A stretch of 32,000 nucleotides of DNA, from contig CP012986.1 in the NCBI GenBank assembly GCA_001761425.1, forward strand, positions 870,001-902,000. The letters run 5' to 3'. Of this stretch, positions 23,113 through 30,128 are shown piece after piece. This DNA comes from Candidatus Saccharimonadota bacterium (lineage in GTDB: Archaea > Nanohalarchaeota > Nanosalinia > Nanosalinales > Nanosalinaceae). The first letter of the stretch is position 1. Each line of letters begins with the position of its first letter. Under the pieces are notes generated by a model that did no database searches, was not told the DNA's origin, and was given only the letters and a program-made list of their open reading frames with translations. Position numbers and translations under genes: made by a program.

Positions 23113-24065
23113 TATACTTCACTCCAAGAGAACTCTTCATCTATCTGGGTTTTGACATCCCCGCAGGCATCCTTAATATGCTGTTTCTCAGAGACCTTGC
23201 GGTGGATTTCCTTTAGTTTCTCAAGTCGTTTATCAGGCTCGACTTTTCGATCCTCTGAGGTTTCCGCTATCCCCTGGAAGACCTGTTTTTCATCCGAGTT
23301 CAGTAGATCCAAGCTTAACGGGTTGTGCTGTTGTCGTGCCATCTTGATTTCGGATTTTCTCGGCAGATAACCGATTATCTCCGAGTCGATGTTTTCTTCT
23401 AGGTATTCTCTGTCGTGCTTGCAGTCTACCTTGTTGCCGACCACAGCTACGTTCTCGAAAACCTCGGCCTCTTCTGAAAGCTCTTTATACTGTTCATAAA
23501 CTTTGATTCCCTCGGGTGTAGGCTCAACTACCAGAACTATCAAATCAAACTGTGCATGGAGAGTATTAGCAAATGCGTCAGTCCCTGCTACCATATCAGA
23601 TACGAGCCATTCATCCTCTTCCAGCTTCAAGTGCGACAGAATGTTTTCGAACGATGTCAGTGCGGTGTGGTAGCAGCTCGCTCCGATGCCTTCTTTCTCG
23701 TATGTTCCGATGTGCATAAACCAGTTATCGCCGTATTCGGTCGCTAACTCGCTAAGAATCTTGTTGTCTTCTTCCAGTTTGACAAAGTTTGAACCTCTTC
23801 CTGGTGGAGTGCTTTTCACGACATTTGACTGGTCTTCAATACGAGGATTATCGCCTTTCACATACTCTCTGACTTTCTTCGAGTTCTCCTCTTTTGATAC
23901 TGCAAGCTCGGCTTCAAAATCTGCCTCTATCAGCTCTGCGAGATGCTGGTTTATGTCCGCATCTACTGCCAGCAACTGCTTATCCTGCTTTTTAAGGTAA
24001 TCTATAAATAATGCGGTAAATGTTGATTTCCCGCTTCCGCCTTTTCCTACAAATGCTGTTCTCAT
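23112..24065 (-). CDS. CooC/MinD-family P-loop ATPase (metal-centre maturation factor-like)
   Basis: 317-aa ORF. Deviant Walker A VGKGGSGKST, then LLAVDADINQHLAE as in CooC-type proteins. GASCYH lies where I would align the CooC C-x-C metal site. ATGA overlap with the upstream ORF. Confidence 0.8.
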   Translation of the reverse strand: MRTAFVGKGGSGKSTFTALFIDYLKKQDKQLLAVDADINQHLAELIEADFEAELAVSKEENSKKVREYVKGDNPRIEDQSNVVKSTPPGRGSNFVKLEEDNKILSELATEYGDNWFMHIGTYEKEGIGASCYHTALTSFENILSHLKLEEDEWLVSDMVAGTDAFANTLHAQFDLIVLVVEPTPEGIKVYEQYKELSEEAEVFENVAVVGNKVDCKHDREYLEENIDSEIIGYLPRKSEIKMARQQHNPLSLDLLNSDEKQVFQGIAETSEDRKVEPDKRLEKLKEIHRKVSEKQHIKDACGDVKTQIDEEFSWSEV

Positions 24066-24553
24066 GCTATCGCCTCTGCTGTTTCATACCAGTCGTTGGC
24101 TCTGTCTTGTATTCCTGCGGATTCGTAGGTTTGACCGATATGGCGGACGGTTTCGAGAACGTCTCTCCTGCTTGTATAGTCTGTTGCCTGTTCTGCCATC
24201 GAAGTGAACCATTCGTGGTAGTCTTCGGCATCTTGTTTGGATTCAAGTTCCTGAACTGTTTCTGCATCAAAGCTCTGAACTCCTTCTCTGAAACTTTCTA
24301 CAGCTATCTGATAAGTATTTTCACCAAGTTCTGCTGTTTGTCCTGCTTCTAATACTTCTGCTCCGTGAACTGCCTGAGTAAGCGGCTGATCTTGGGCTAC
24401 TTGGACGGCGTTAAGTCTTTGTTCGACATATCTTTCTGTTGCTTGTTCGAGTAGCTGGTCTTCTCCCCAGATTTCGTTTACTTCCTGTGCGACTTCGTAT
24501 GCTCCGTCAGTAGCTTCAAATGACTCTGGGACTTCGCCACGGCGTTCATACAT
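24062..24553 (-). CDS. hypothetical very acidic helical protein
   Basis: 163-aa ORF translationally coupled on both sides (8-nt and 4-nt overlaps). Rich in E/Q/A. No motif recognised. Confidence 0.6.
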   Translation of the reverse strand: MYERRGEVPESFEATDGAYEVAQEVNEIWGEDQLLEQATERYVEQRLNAVQVAQDQPLTQAVHGAEVLEAGQTAELGENTYQIAVESFREGVQSFDAETVQELESKQDAEDYHEWFTSMAEQATDYTSRRDVLETVRHIGQTYESAGIQDRANDWYETAEAIA

Positions 24554-25637
24554 CGTTCTGACATCTTCCTGTCGTGCCTGTTCGAGGTTCTCCTCTGCAA
24601 GGGATAGCAGCCGACCTTGAAACCCCAGGAGCTAAAATCTGATTCTGTTCAGGTTCAACGGTTGAAAGAGCATCCTTGATTTCATCGTATACTTCGTCAT
24701 CGTCCTCAATTACTGTGACACCTGGTTTAGAGCCTTCGCCATCCACTTCTCTTAACCTGACTTCACCGTCAACAAGGTCAAACACATTTCCTTCAGGAGT
24801 AAAACCTTTGCAACGAAGACCGTAATCTCCTACTGCGTCTTGAACCTGTTCTACGAACTCTTCTTCGTTTAGGTCTCTGTCAACGCTTACAGAGTATTTC
24901 TCTCCGTGCTGATGAGTATGTCCGTGATCGTGACTATGTTCGTCTTCTCCATGGTGGTCGCATCCACAGTCATCACTGTGGAAATCATTCATTCCAATCC
25001 CTGAGAAAACATCGATATGAGATGTCAGTAGCGAGGAATTCCAGTCATTTCGTTCGGAACTGATGGTCTGCCAGTCTGTCTCTCCAATACTGTAGACAGG
25101 TTTTTCAGGAGCAACATTCTGGAGATATTCATCTGCCTGCTCTATTTCATCTTCGTTTCCTTCTGTAAATGTGTATATTACTGCGTTTGATGAATTGATT
25201 GACCTATCGAGTCCATCCATAGCCTGTGTTGATTCTAATCTGTCGAGCGGTAGCAGCATCAAGTGGTTCTGAAGATCTACGCCTTCGAGTTCTGATACAT
25301 TTCCTGCGGCTTCCCAGGGATCCGCGAAACCTGTAGGTTCGACAAGTAAATGGTCGGAATCTCTGATTGTATTCCAGTTTTCTTCCAGTGTTTTCTCAAG
25401 GTCTCCTTGCCCGTCACAGCCGATGCATACATCTGGTATGCCTGATTTGGATTCATCTTCTACGCTGTATTTGTCGGTATCGACCATCGCCCCGATGTCA
25501 TTTGCGATCACATAGGGTTCGTCTCCTTGCTCCAGCATTCCTTCGACAAGTTGGTCGCCTAAAGTAGTTTTTCCTGCACCGAGCCGTCCTGTCAGTATAG
25601 TTGCGTCAACAGATTCGTCTTGAGTTCTTCTCATCAT
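24546..25637 (-). CDS. COG0523 (CobW/YjiA/ZigA-type) G3E metallochaperone GTPase with His/Cys-rich insert
   Basis: 363-aa ORF. Walker A GRLGAGKTT, VIANDIGA, VCIGCDG (in place of the usual C-x-C-C), LLVEPTGFADP. His/Cys-rich stretch HSDDCGCDHHGEDEHSHDHGHTHQHGE at 24906-24980. CobW_C-like tail. Confidence 0.8.
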   Translation of the reverse strand: MMRRTQDESVDATILTGRLGAGKTTLGDQLVEGMLEQGDEPYVIANDIGAMVDTDKYSVEDESKSGIPDVCIGCDGQGDLEKTLEENWNTIRDSDHLLVEPTGFADPWEAAGNVSELEGVDLQNHLMLLPLDRLESTQAMDGLDRSINSSNAVIYTFTEGNEDEIEQADEYLQNVAPEKPVYSIGETDWQTISSERNDWNSSLLTSHIDVFSGIGMNDFHSDDCGCDHHGEDEHSHDHGHTHQHGEKYSVSVDRDLNEEEFVEQVQDAVGDYGLRCKGFTPEGNVFDLVDGEVRLREVDGEGSKPGVTVIEDDDEVYDEIKDALSTVEPEQNQILAPGVSRSAAIPCRGEPRTGTTGRCQNDV

Positions 25638-25671
25638 ATCTTTGTTAAAGAATCTAAAGTTTTTTAATAAT

Positions 25672-25704
25672 AAGAGTTAAGCTAGAAGTATAATCTTAAT
25701 ACTT
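25672..25704. promoter_or_regulatory. imperfect inverted repeat in the divergent promoter region (candidate NikR operator)
   Basis: AAGAGTTAAG (25672-25681) - N13 - CTTAATACTT (25695-25704), with 8 of 10 positions complementary. Lies in the 68-nt A/T-rich spacer between the 25637 (-) and 25706 (+) starts. No match to known NikR consensus sequences was established. Confidence 0.2.
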
Positions 25705-25705
25705 A

Positions 25706-26137
25706 ATGATAAATCTGAAACAGAAAACTATCAACGCCAACCATCGACTCTACGAGGCAGAACAAAATGCAAGACAAGAGCAAATACGGAACATAGAAAT
25801 CAGAAAACTTAATCCGCACGAAGAAGTAATTAAAGAAAATCTGAAAAAAGTTCTAACATCTCTCAAAGTCGAAGAAAGACTGAAAGAACCGATAATCGTA
25901 GATAAAGAAACCAGAGTAATCCTTGACGGTCATCACAGAGTGAAAGCATTCGCTCTGCTTGGACTAAAGAAGATTCCCTGCAAACTTGTCGACTATAATT
26001 CAAACGAAATAACAGTTGAGTCGCGTCGGAATCGAAAGATAACCAAGGAAGAGGTTATAGAGAAAGGCCTCAGCGATGAGCTTTTCCCTCCGAAGACGTC
26101 AAAACACAAGATAGGTCGGAAAATTAACAATTCTTAA
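25706..26137 (+). CDS. ParB/sulfiredoxin-like domain protein
   Basis: 143-aa ORF. IEIRKLNPHEE...EPIIVDKETRVILDGHHRVKAFALLG resembles the ParB N-terminal (ParBc) fold motif. Confidence 0.6.
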   Translation: MINLKQKTINANHRLYEAEQNARQEQIRNIEIRKLNPHEEVIKENLKKVLTSLKVEERLKEPIIVDKETRVILDGHHRVKAFALLGLKKIPCKLVDYNSNEITVESRRNRKITKEEVIEKGLSDELFPPKTSKHKIGRKINNS

Positions 26138-26163
26138 TAAATTTCATATCACTTTGTAACAAT

Positions 26164-26547
26164 ATGAGCGTTGTAAGCGTATCACTAAACGACAAGCTGC
26201 TCGAAGACATTGACGATTTCATGGACGAACAAGGCTTCTCAGGTAGAAGTGAAGTGATGAGAACAGCTGTCAGAGCTTTACTCAGGGATAGAAAAGAAAT
26301 ATCAGGCCTTGAAGGAACAGTGGATGCTGTAATAATAGTGACGCACGAAGATGAAGATTCAGGAGAGATTGACGATATACAGCACGACTACCAGGAGACG
26401 ATCAGGACTCAGCTTCACAATCACATGGACGAACACAAATGTTTAGAGGTTTTTATGCTTCACGGAGAAGCAGAAAAAGTCAAAGAGCTATACAACAAGT
26501 TCCAGGCATCGAGTAAGGTTGAACAGGCGAAAATAATCGTGCCTTGA
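26164..26547 (+). CDS. nikR: nickel-responsive transcriptional regulator NikR
   Basis: 127-aa ORF. N-terminal ribbon-helix-helix (VSVSLNDKLLEDIDDFMDEQGFSGRSEVMRTAVRALL). C-terminal domain has H74, H85, H87 and C93, with the same spacing as the E. coli NikR high-affinity Ni ligands H76, H87, H89 and C95. Confidence 0.85.
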   Translation: MSVVSVSLNDKLLEDIDDFMDEQGFSGRSEVMRTAVRALLRDRKEISGLEGTVDAVIIVTHEDEDSGEIDDIQHDYQETIRTQLHNHMDEHKCLEVFMLHGEAEKVKELYNKFQASSKVEQAKIIVP

Positions 26548-26698
26548 TTTTTTGACCATGAATTTACTAAATTTTTGATTAATGACCCCAATTTTGGTTT
26601 CGCGAAGGATTAACGGCTCTGACTGTGATTTTATATCCTGATTTGAGCAGTTTTTATCGCCTTTTAGATTCGGAGAAGCAGATTTATGGATCAAGAGT

Positions 26699-26762
26699 AG
26701 GCCTTTTCCGGATTTGATGGTAGAGGCCTTTCATTTTTCGGGGAATTGGATGATTTAGGCCT
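26699..26762. repeat. three AGGCCT palindromes in a convergent intergenic region
   Basis: AGGCCT at 26699, 26724 and 26757, between the 3' ends of nikR (+) and 26772-27077 (-). T-runs lie nearby. Any two copies can pair as a 6-bp stem. Confidence 0.5.
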
Positions 26763-26771
26763 GTGGTGAGG

Positions 26772-27077
26772 TTATGTGTCTACGTCGTCTGGTAGTTCGT
26801 CGTCGTCTGGTCCTTGTTCTCTTTCTGCCTTGTCTTTGATGCGGTAGACGTTTGTTGAACGTGTGCATTCTGGGCATTCGATCCACCAGGGTCTTGAGCC
26901 AAGTTCCACGTCGTGTCTTTCGAACTCGTGCTGGCAGTAAGGACATGTTAGTTCGAAGAAGAAGTTTTCGTAGTCGTAGCTGAACATTTTGATGTGTCCA
27001 GTTTCTTCTCCTTCATCGTTTTCCACCTTTCTATTGGTTGCGTATTCGACGCGGTCGTAGTCTACGTCTTTTTCCAT
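26772..27077 (-). CDS. small zinc-ribbon protein
   Basis: 101-aa ORF. CPYC-x17-CPEC four-cysteine ribbon. Acidic N- and C-termini. Confidence 0.6.
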   Translation of the reverse strand: MEKDVDYDRVEYATNRKVENDEGEETGHIKMFSYDYENFFFELTCPYCQHEFERHDVELGSRPWWIECPECTRSTNVYRIKDKAEREQGPDDDELPDDVDT

Positions 27078-27160
27078 GGCTACTACACTAAGTATAACGG
27101 GGATGAATTAGTTTTAAGTTTTTCATCTATAAGGATTTTCCGAGTTCTGAAAGAAATTGT

Positions 27161-27685
27161 TTATGCGAGCATCTCCCTGTAAACCAGGTCCAGTTCTTCA
27201 TCTGAGACCTCGATCTCTACCTGTTTAAGGCCTTCGATATCTCCGATAGCCTGTTCGATGTCTAAAAATTCCTTCGGTTCATCAGTTTTCAACTGTTTGA
27301 TACCAGGATTGTACTCCCTGAGTTTTCTGAGATCCCATTTTCTGTCCGAGTTCAGAACTACAAGGTCGTATCCGTCCATCGTCGCCAGTAAGGCCTTTAC
27401 TGCGTCTTCTCTGTCTTCGATCCTGATGTAGGCCTGTTCCTGGAGAGGTCTTCCTTTCAGGCCTTCTTTTGTCTCTCCTTCTACGGTGTATTCTTCGATT
27501 CCAGGGGTTTTTTCGAGGAATTCTGTGTTTTCTGCTTCGATTACTACTTTTTCTCCCTGTATCTGTGCGTTTCCTTTTCTTTTTTCCAGTTGTTCTTTCA
27601 TTAACTGGATTTTTTCGGTGGGTTTGATTTCGATCTTCATGTTCTCTGTTTTTCGGTTAAAACCTTTTATTTGGGCGTTGACCAA
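27161..27685 (-). CDS. hypothetical cytoplasmic protein
   Basis: 174-aa ORF. The more likely start is the ATG at 27640 (MKIEIKPTEK...), about 30 nt from an A/T box. Charged, no TM segment. No family recognised. Confidence 0.6.
   Translation of the reverse strand: MVNAQIKGFNRKTENMKIEIKPTEKIQLMKEQLEKRKGNAQIQGEKVVIEAENTEFLEKTPGIEEYTVEGETKEGLKGRPLQEQAYIRIEDREDAVKALLATMDGYDLVVLNSDRKWDLRKLREYNPGIKQLKTDEPKEFLDIEQAIGDIEGLKQVEIEVSDEELDLVYREMLA
27663..27674. promoter_or_regulatory. shared A/T box between divergent genes (bidirectional TATA candidate)
   Basis: CCTTTTATTTGG lies about 27 nt upstream of the ATG at 27695 (+) and about 30 nt upstream of the ATG at 27640 (-). Confidence 0.3.
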
Positions 27686-28051
27686 ACTATTGTGATGGGC
27701 TTTTTTGATCGGAATGATGACGATGAGCAGGTTGAGGAGGTAACTCTTTCAGTACCTGATGAAGACGAGGAAGAGGGACGGCTTAAGGATGAGGCAGAGG
27801 CCCGTCTGACCGGTGATAGTTCTTCAGAGTCTTCGGATTCAGATGATACTTCAGGAATGCTTCCCGGAATGGGATCTTCCTCTAGCTCTACAGGAAGCTC
27901 TGGCAAGTCTTCCGGCCGTTCGAGAAGCAGTGGAAAGAAAGAGTCCGTCAGCCTTGAAGATATTCACAGGCAGAACAAGCAGATTAAAAGCATACTGAAG
28001 GATATCAGGTCAGAGATCAAGGACGAAGGTGACATGAATGGGGTACTATGA
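27671..28051 (+). CDS. acidic/serine-rich disordered protein with C-terminal amphipathic helix
   Basis: 126-aa ORF (TTG at 27671; likely ATG at 27695 giving MGFFDRNDDDEQ...). D/E/S low complexity, then LEDIHRQNKQIKSILKDIRSEIKD. Overlaps the next ORF by 14 nt. Confidence 0.5.
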   Translation: MGVDQTIVMGFFDRNDDDEQVEEVTLSVPDEDEEEGRLKDEAEARLTGDSSSESSDSDDTSGMLPGMGSSSSSTGSSGKSSGRSRSSGKKESVSLEDIHRQNKQIKSILKDIRSEIKDEGDMNGVL

Positions 28052-28526
28052 CAACGTGAAAGATTCTATAAGAGATGAAAACAGCGAAAAAGACAGCGGT
28101 GAAGAAGAGGCCTCAGGTTCAGGCAGTGATTCAAGCCCTGGTGCAGGAAACTTTGATACTTTGAGAGAAGCAGCCGAAGAGACAAAGGTAGAGGAAGATG
28201 AAGAGAGCGGAGACGATACACCGATTGAGATACTTGAAGAAGACGGTCTTAGACAGGAGGCGCCGTCGAATCAACGCACAGAGGCCTCGACGCAGAGACA
28301 GAAAAAAACACAGAAAAGATCTCAGCAGAGAACCAAGGAGAAACAGAGACGGCAGGGAAACTCTAATGAAGGCCTGAACAAGAGCGAAAATGTTTCACAG
28401 GCCTCTGAAGCCCAGAATGATTCTCGAACTGTTTCTGGAGATACCTCCGACTTGGAGGATAAACTGGATAAAATCATCGAGCAGAATGCTCGTATGATCG
28501 AGATACTGGAAGGCTTCGGGAACTAG
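28038..28526 (+). CDS. acidic disordered protein with C-terminal amphipathic helix (paralogue-like of 27671-28051)
   Basis: 162-aa ORF starting MGYYDNVKD. Acidic/Ser-rich region, a basic patch (QRQKKTQKRSQQRTKEKQRRQ), then LEDKLDKIIEQNARMIEILEG. Confidence 0.5.
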   Translation: MGYYDNVKDSIRDENSEKDSGEEEASGSGSDSSPGAGNFDTLREAAEETKVEEDEESGDDTPIEILEEDGLRQEAPSNQRTEASTQRQKKTQKRSQQRTKEKQRRQGNSNEGLNKSENVSQASEAQNDSRTVSGDTSDLEDKLDKIIEQNARMIEILEGFGN

Positions 28527-28591
28527 AAGGCCTTAACTGCTTCTGGGGCTTTTAGCGTAGGAAAATCTCTTTTTTACTGGAGATTTTCGGT

Positions 28592-28870
28592 TTATTCTAC
28601 TACTTCTACGCTTATTTTCTGTCGGCCTTCGTCTGTTGTTTCGACTTCTTCTCTGAGTGTGATCTCGAGTTCCAGTGTTCTCTGTTCGCTTCCCTGGTAG
28701 AAGTTAAGTGATAGGTCTGTGTCTTCTGTTGGCTCTATCTCTACTTCCTCCTTCCCTTTGAAGCTGAGGCCTACTTTGCCTTCTCTGATCTTCTGGGAGA
28801 AGTTTTCCAGGAAATTGGCGAGTTCATCGTTGTCAAAACTGAAATCAAGGTCGACTTCCTTGCTGGACAT
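28592..28870 (-). CDS. small acidic protein, amphi-Trp-domain-like (weak)
   Basis: 92-aa ORF. The pattern FSFDNDELANFLENFSQKIREGKVGLSFKG...VEIEPTEDTDLSLNF...LELEITL resembles small amphi-Trp-type proteins common in halophilic archaea. The terminal Trp residues are absent. Confidence 0.5.
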   Translation of the reverse strand: MSSKEVDLDFSFDNDELANFLENFSQKIREGKVGLSFKGKEEVEIEPTEDTDLSLNFYQGSEQRTLELEITLREEVETTDEGRQKISVEVVE

Positions 28871-28915
28871 AGGATAAAAGGGGTAGTAAAAAGTTTTATT
28901 TTTGGTGCCTGTTCG

Positions 28916-29212
28916 TTACTCCTTGTTCATTAATTTCCGTGCCAGGAAGTGGTCTTTTTCGTTGAGTTCTCTGACTGCTTCGGTTGAGAACAGGTATGCT
29001 GTGCCCATAAGAAGTAGTCCTACATAGGCCTGCATTGTTTCAGGTGGCTGGTGGAAGTAAAACACTGAGATAACCATCATGAGGCCTGAGATGAATAATG
29101 TCATTGAGAGGCCCATTTCGGCTTCTGTGGATAGCTTTGGTAGGCCGAAACTGTCTCTTTCTGGTTCTGAGTTTGTTTCAGATTCAGGTTCTGATTCTTT
29201 ATCTTCTGCCAT
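28916..29212 (-). CDS. hypothetical 2-TM membrane protein
   Basis: 98-aa ORF. Acidic N-terminus, then helices GLSMTLFISGLMMVISVFYF and YVGLLLMGTAYLFS. Confidence 0.55.
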   Translation of the reverse strand: MAEDKESEPESETNSEPERDSFGLPKLSTEAEMGLSMTLFISGLMMVISVFYFHQPPETMQAYVGLLLMGTAYLFSTEAVRELNEKDHFLARKLMNKE

Positions 29213-29255
29213 AGGTAAGTATTATTGAAGGACCATTTAAATTTTATCTGTTTGC

Positions 29256-29642
29256 TCAGTCCAGGTCCTCTACATTTACATCGCTGTTACCTGGTTCAAA
29301 GGCTGACGGCAGGTGGATATGATATACTCCCTCGGATTTCTCGATGACAAGCGGCATCTCTTCCAGGAGACGTGAAACGTTGATATTGTATACTCCTTCT
29401 TCCTCAACGCTGATGGAGTCCAGATCGAACTCTAGCTTGATGTTGCCTTTTTCCTTGCTTCCCTCGGCTATCATGCTCTGGATATCTGTCTTGACCTCTT
29501 CTTTCTCTTCTTCAAGTTCTTCTTCAGAAAGCGATTCCTCGTTTTCGTACATGAACAGGGAGGAACCGCATTCACAGCCGTCTATAAGTTCATCGGAATC
29601 GTCTTCATATGTAAGACCGCAGTTCATGCATCTGTGTGGCAT
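29256..29642 (-). CDS. archaeal Zn-ribbon protein (DUF2072-like)
   Basis: 128-aa ORF. N-terminus MPHRCMNCGLTYEDDSDELIDGCECGSSLFMYE matches my memory of the conserved archaeal Zn-ribbon family found next to DUF2073 and a small GTPase. Confidence 0.7.
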   Translation of the reverse strand: MPHRCMNCGLTYEDDSDELIDGCECGSSLFMYENEESLSEEELEEEKEEVKTDIQSMIAEGSKEKGNIKLEFDLDSISVEEEGVYNINVSRLLEEMPLVIEKSEGVYHIHLPSAFEPGNSDVNVEDLD

Positions 29643-29738
29643 TCAAAACCTACCTCCATAACTTTTTTCCCGTCTAAAAATTCGAACAGCTTCTTCCGCT
29701 TTACCCTGGGAAGACTGTAGAAAACGTCTCATTTTTGC

Positions 29739-30128
29739 CTAGTTGCTTTCGTCTTCGAGTTTGGCGAGGAACGAAACAGTATCTTTCTCCTCTTTGATTT
29801 TCTCCATCACACGTGAGTTGCCAACGATCGTGAGGCCTCTTCTGTATTCCTCGTTAAGAAATTTCTGGTAGACCAGTCTCTTCGCCTTGTCTAACCGTGT
29901 ATTTCCTGCGTCAAGGCCTAGAAACTCTACGCCTGGAAAGTCTTCGTCGACCTGTTCCATTGAACTCTGGATCAGTTCGCTTTTTTCTTCAGGTGTCCAG
30001 GCCTCTTCAAGTACAAGTACTGCGTTTTCCTGGACTTTTTCGAGTACTATGTCCAGTTTTTCGTTGAACTGCTGGTCTGTCAGTTTCTCCTTTGACAGGA
30101 ACTCGATGGTGACTCCGTCCTCTCCCAT
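29739..30128 (-). CDS. DUF2073-like conserved archaeal protein
   Basis: 129-aa ORF. IEFLSKEKL...VLVLEEAWTPEEKSELIQSSMEQVDEDFPGVEF resembles the DUF2073 pattern. TAATG overlap with the upstream GTPase gene. Confidence 0.65.
   Translation of the reverse strand: MGEDGVTIEFLSKEKLTDQQFNEKLDIVLEKVQENAVLVLEEAWTPEEKSELIQSSMEQVDEDFPGVEFLGLDAGNTRLDKAKRLVYQKFLNEEYRRGLTIVGNSRVMEKIKEEKDTVSFLAKLEDESN

Noticed and set aside
24546-24650. Possible frameshift or N-terminal extension at the COG0523/163-aa gene junction
   Set aside because: The last ~29 residues of the COG0523 ORF are R/G/T/C-rich, unlike the rest. The 163-aa frame is open 26 codons further upstream, reading LSLAEENLEQARQEDVRT. That extension has no ATG/GTG/TTG start, and a normal ATG with an 8-nt overlap explains the data. 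This cannot be resolved without homologues.
19244-26771. tRNA-targeted genomic island (operon between the tRNA and the nikR-side spacer)
   Set aside because: By eye there is no integrase gene and no direct repeat of the tRNA 3' or 5' half at the far side (26548-26771). Only an 8-nt GGATTTGA coincidence is present. The island idea survives only through the AGGCCT-desert argument.
26755-27906. Arg-rich 63-aa ORF (26755-26946) and Ser-rich 79-aa ORF (27667-27906)
   Set aside because: These are an alternative-frame reading of the zinc-ribbon gene and an antisense reading of the acidic-protein gene. Their compositions are incompatible with the rest of the proteome.
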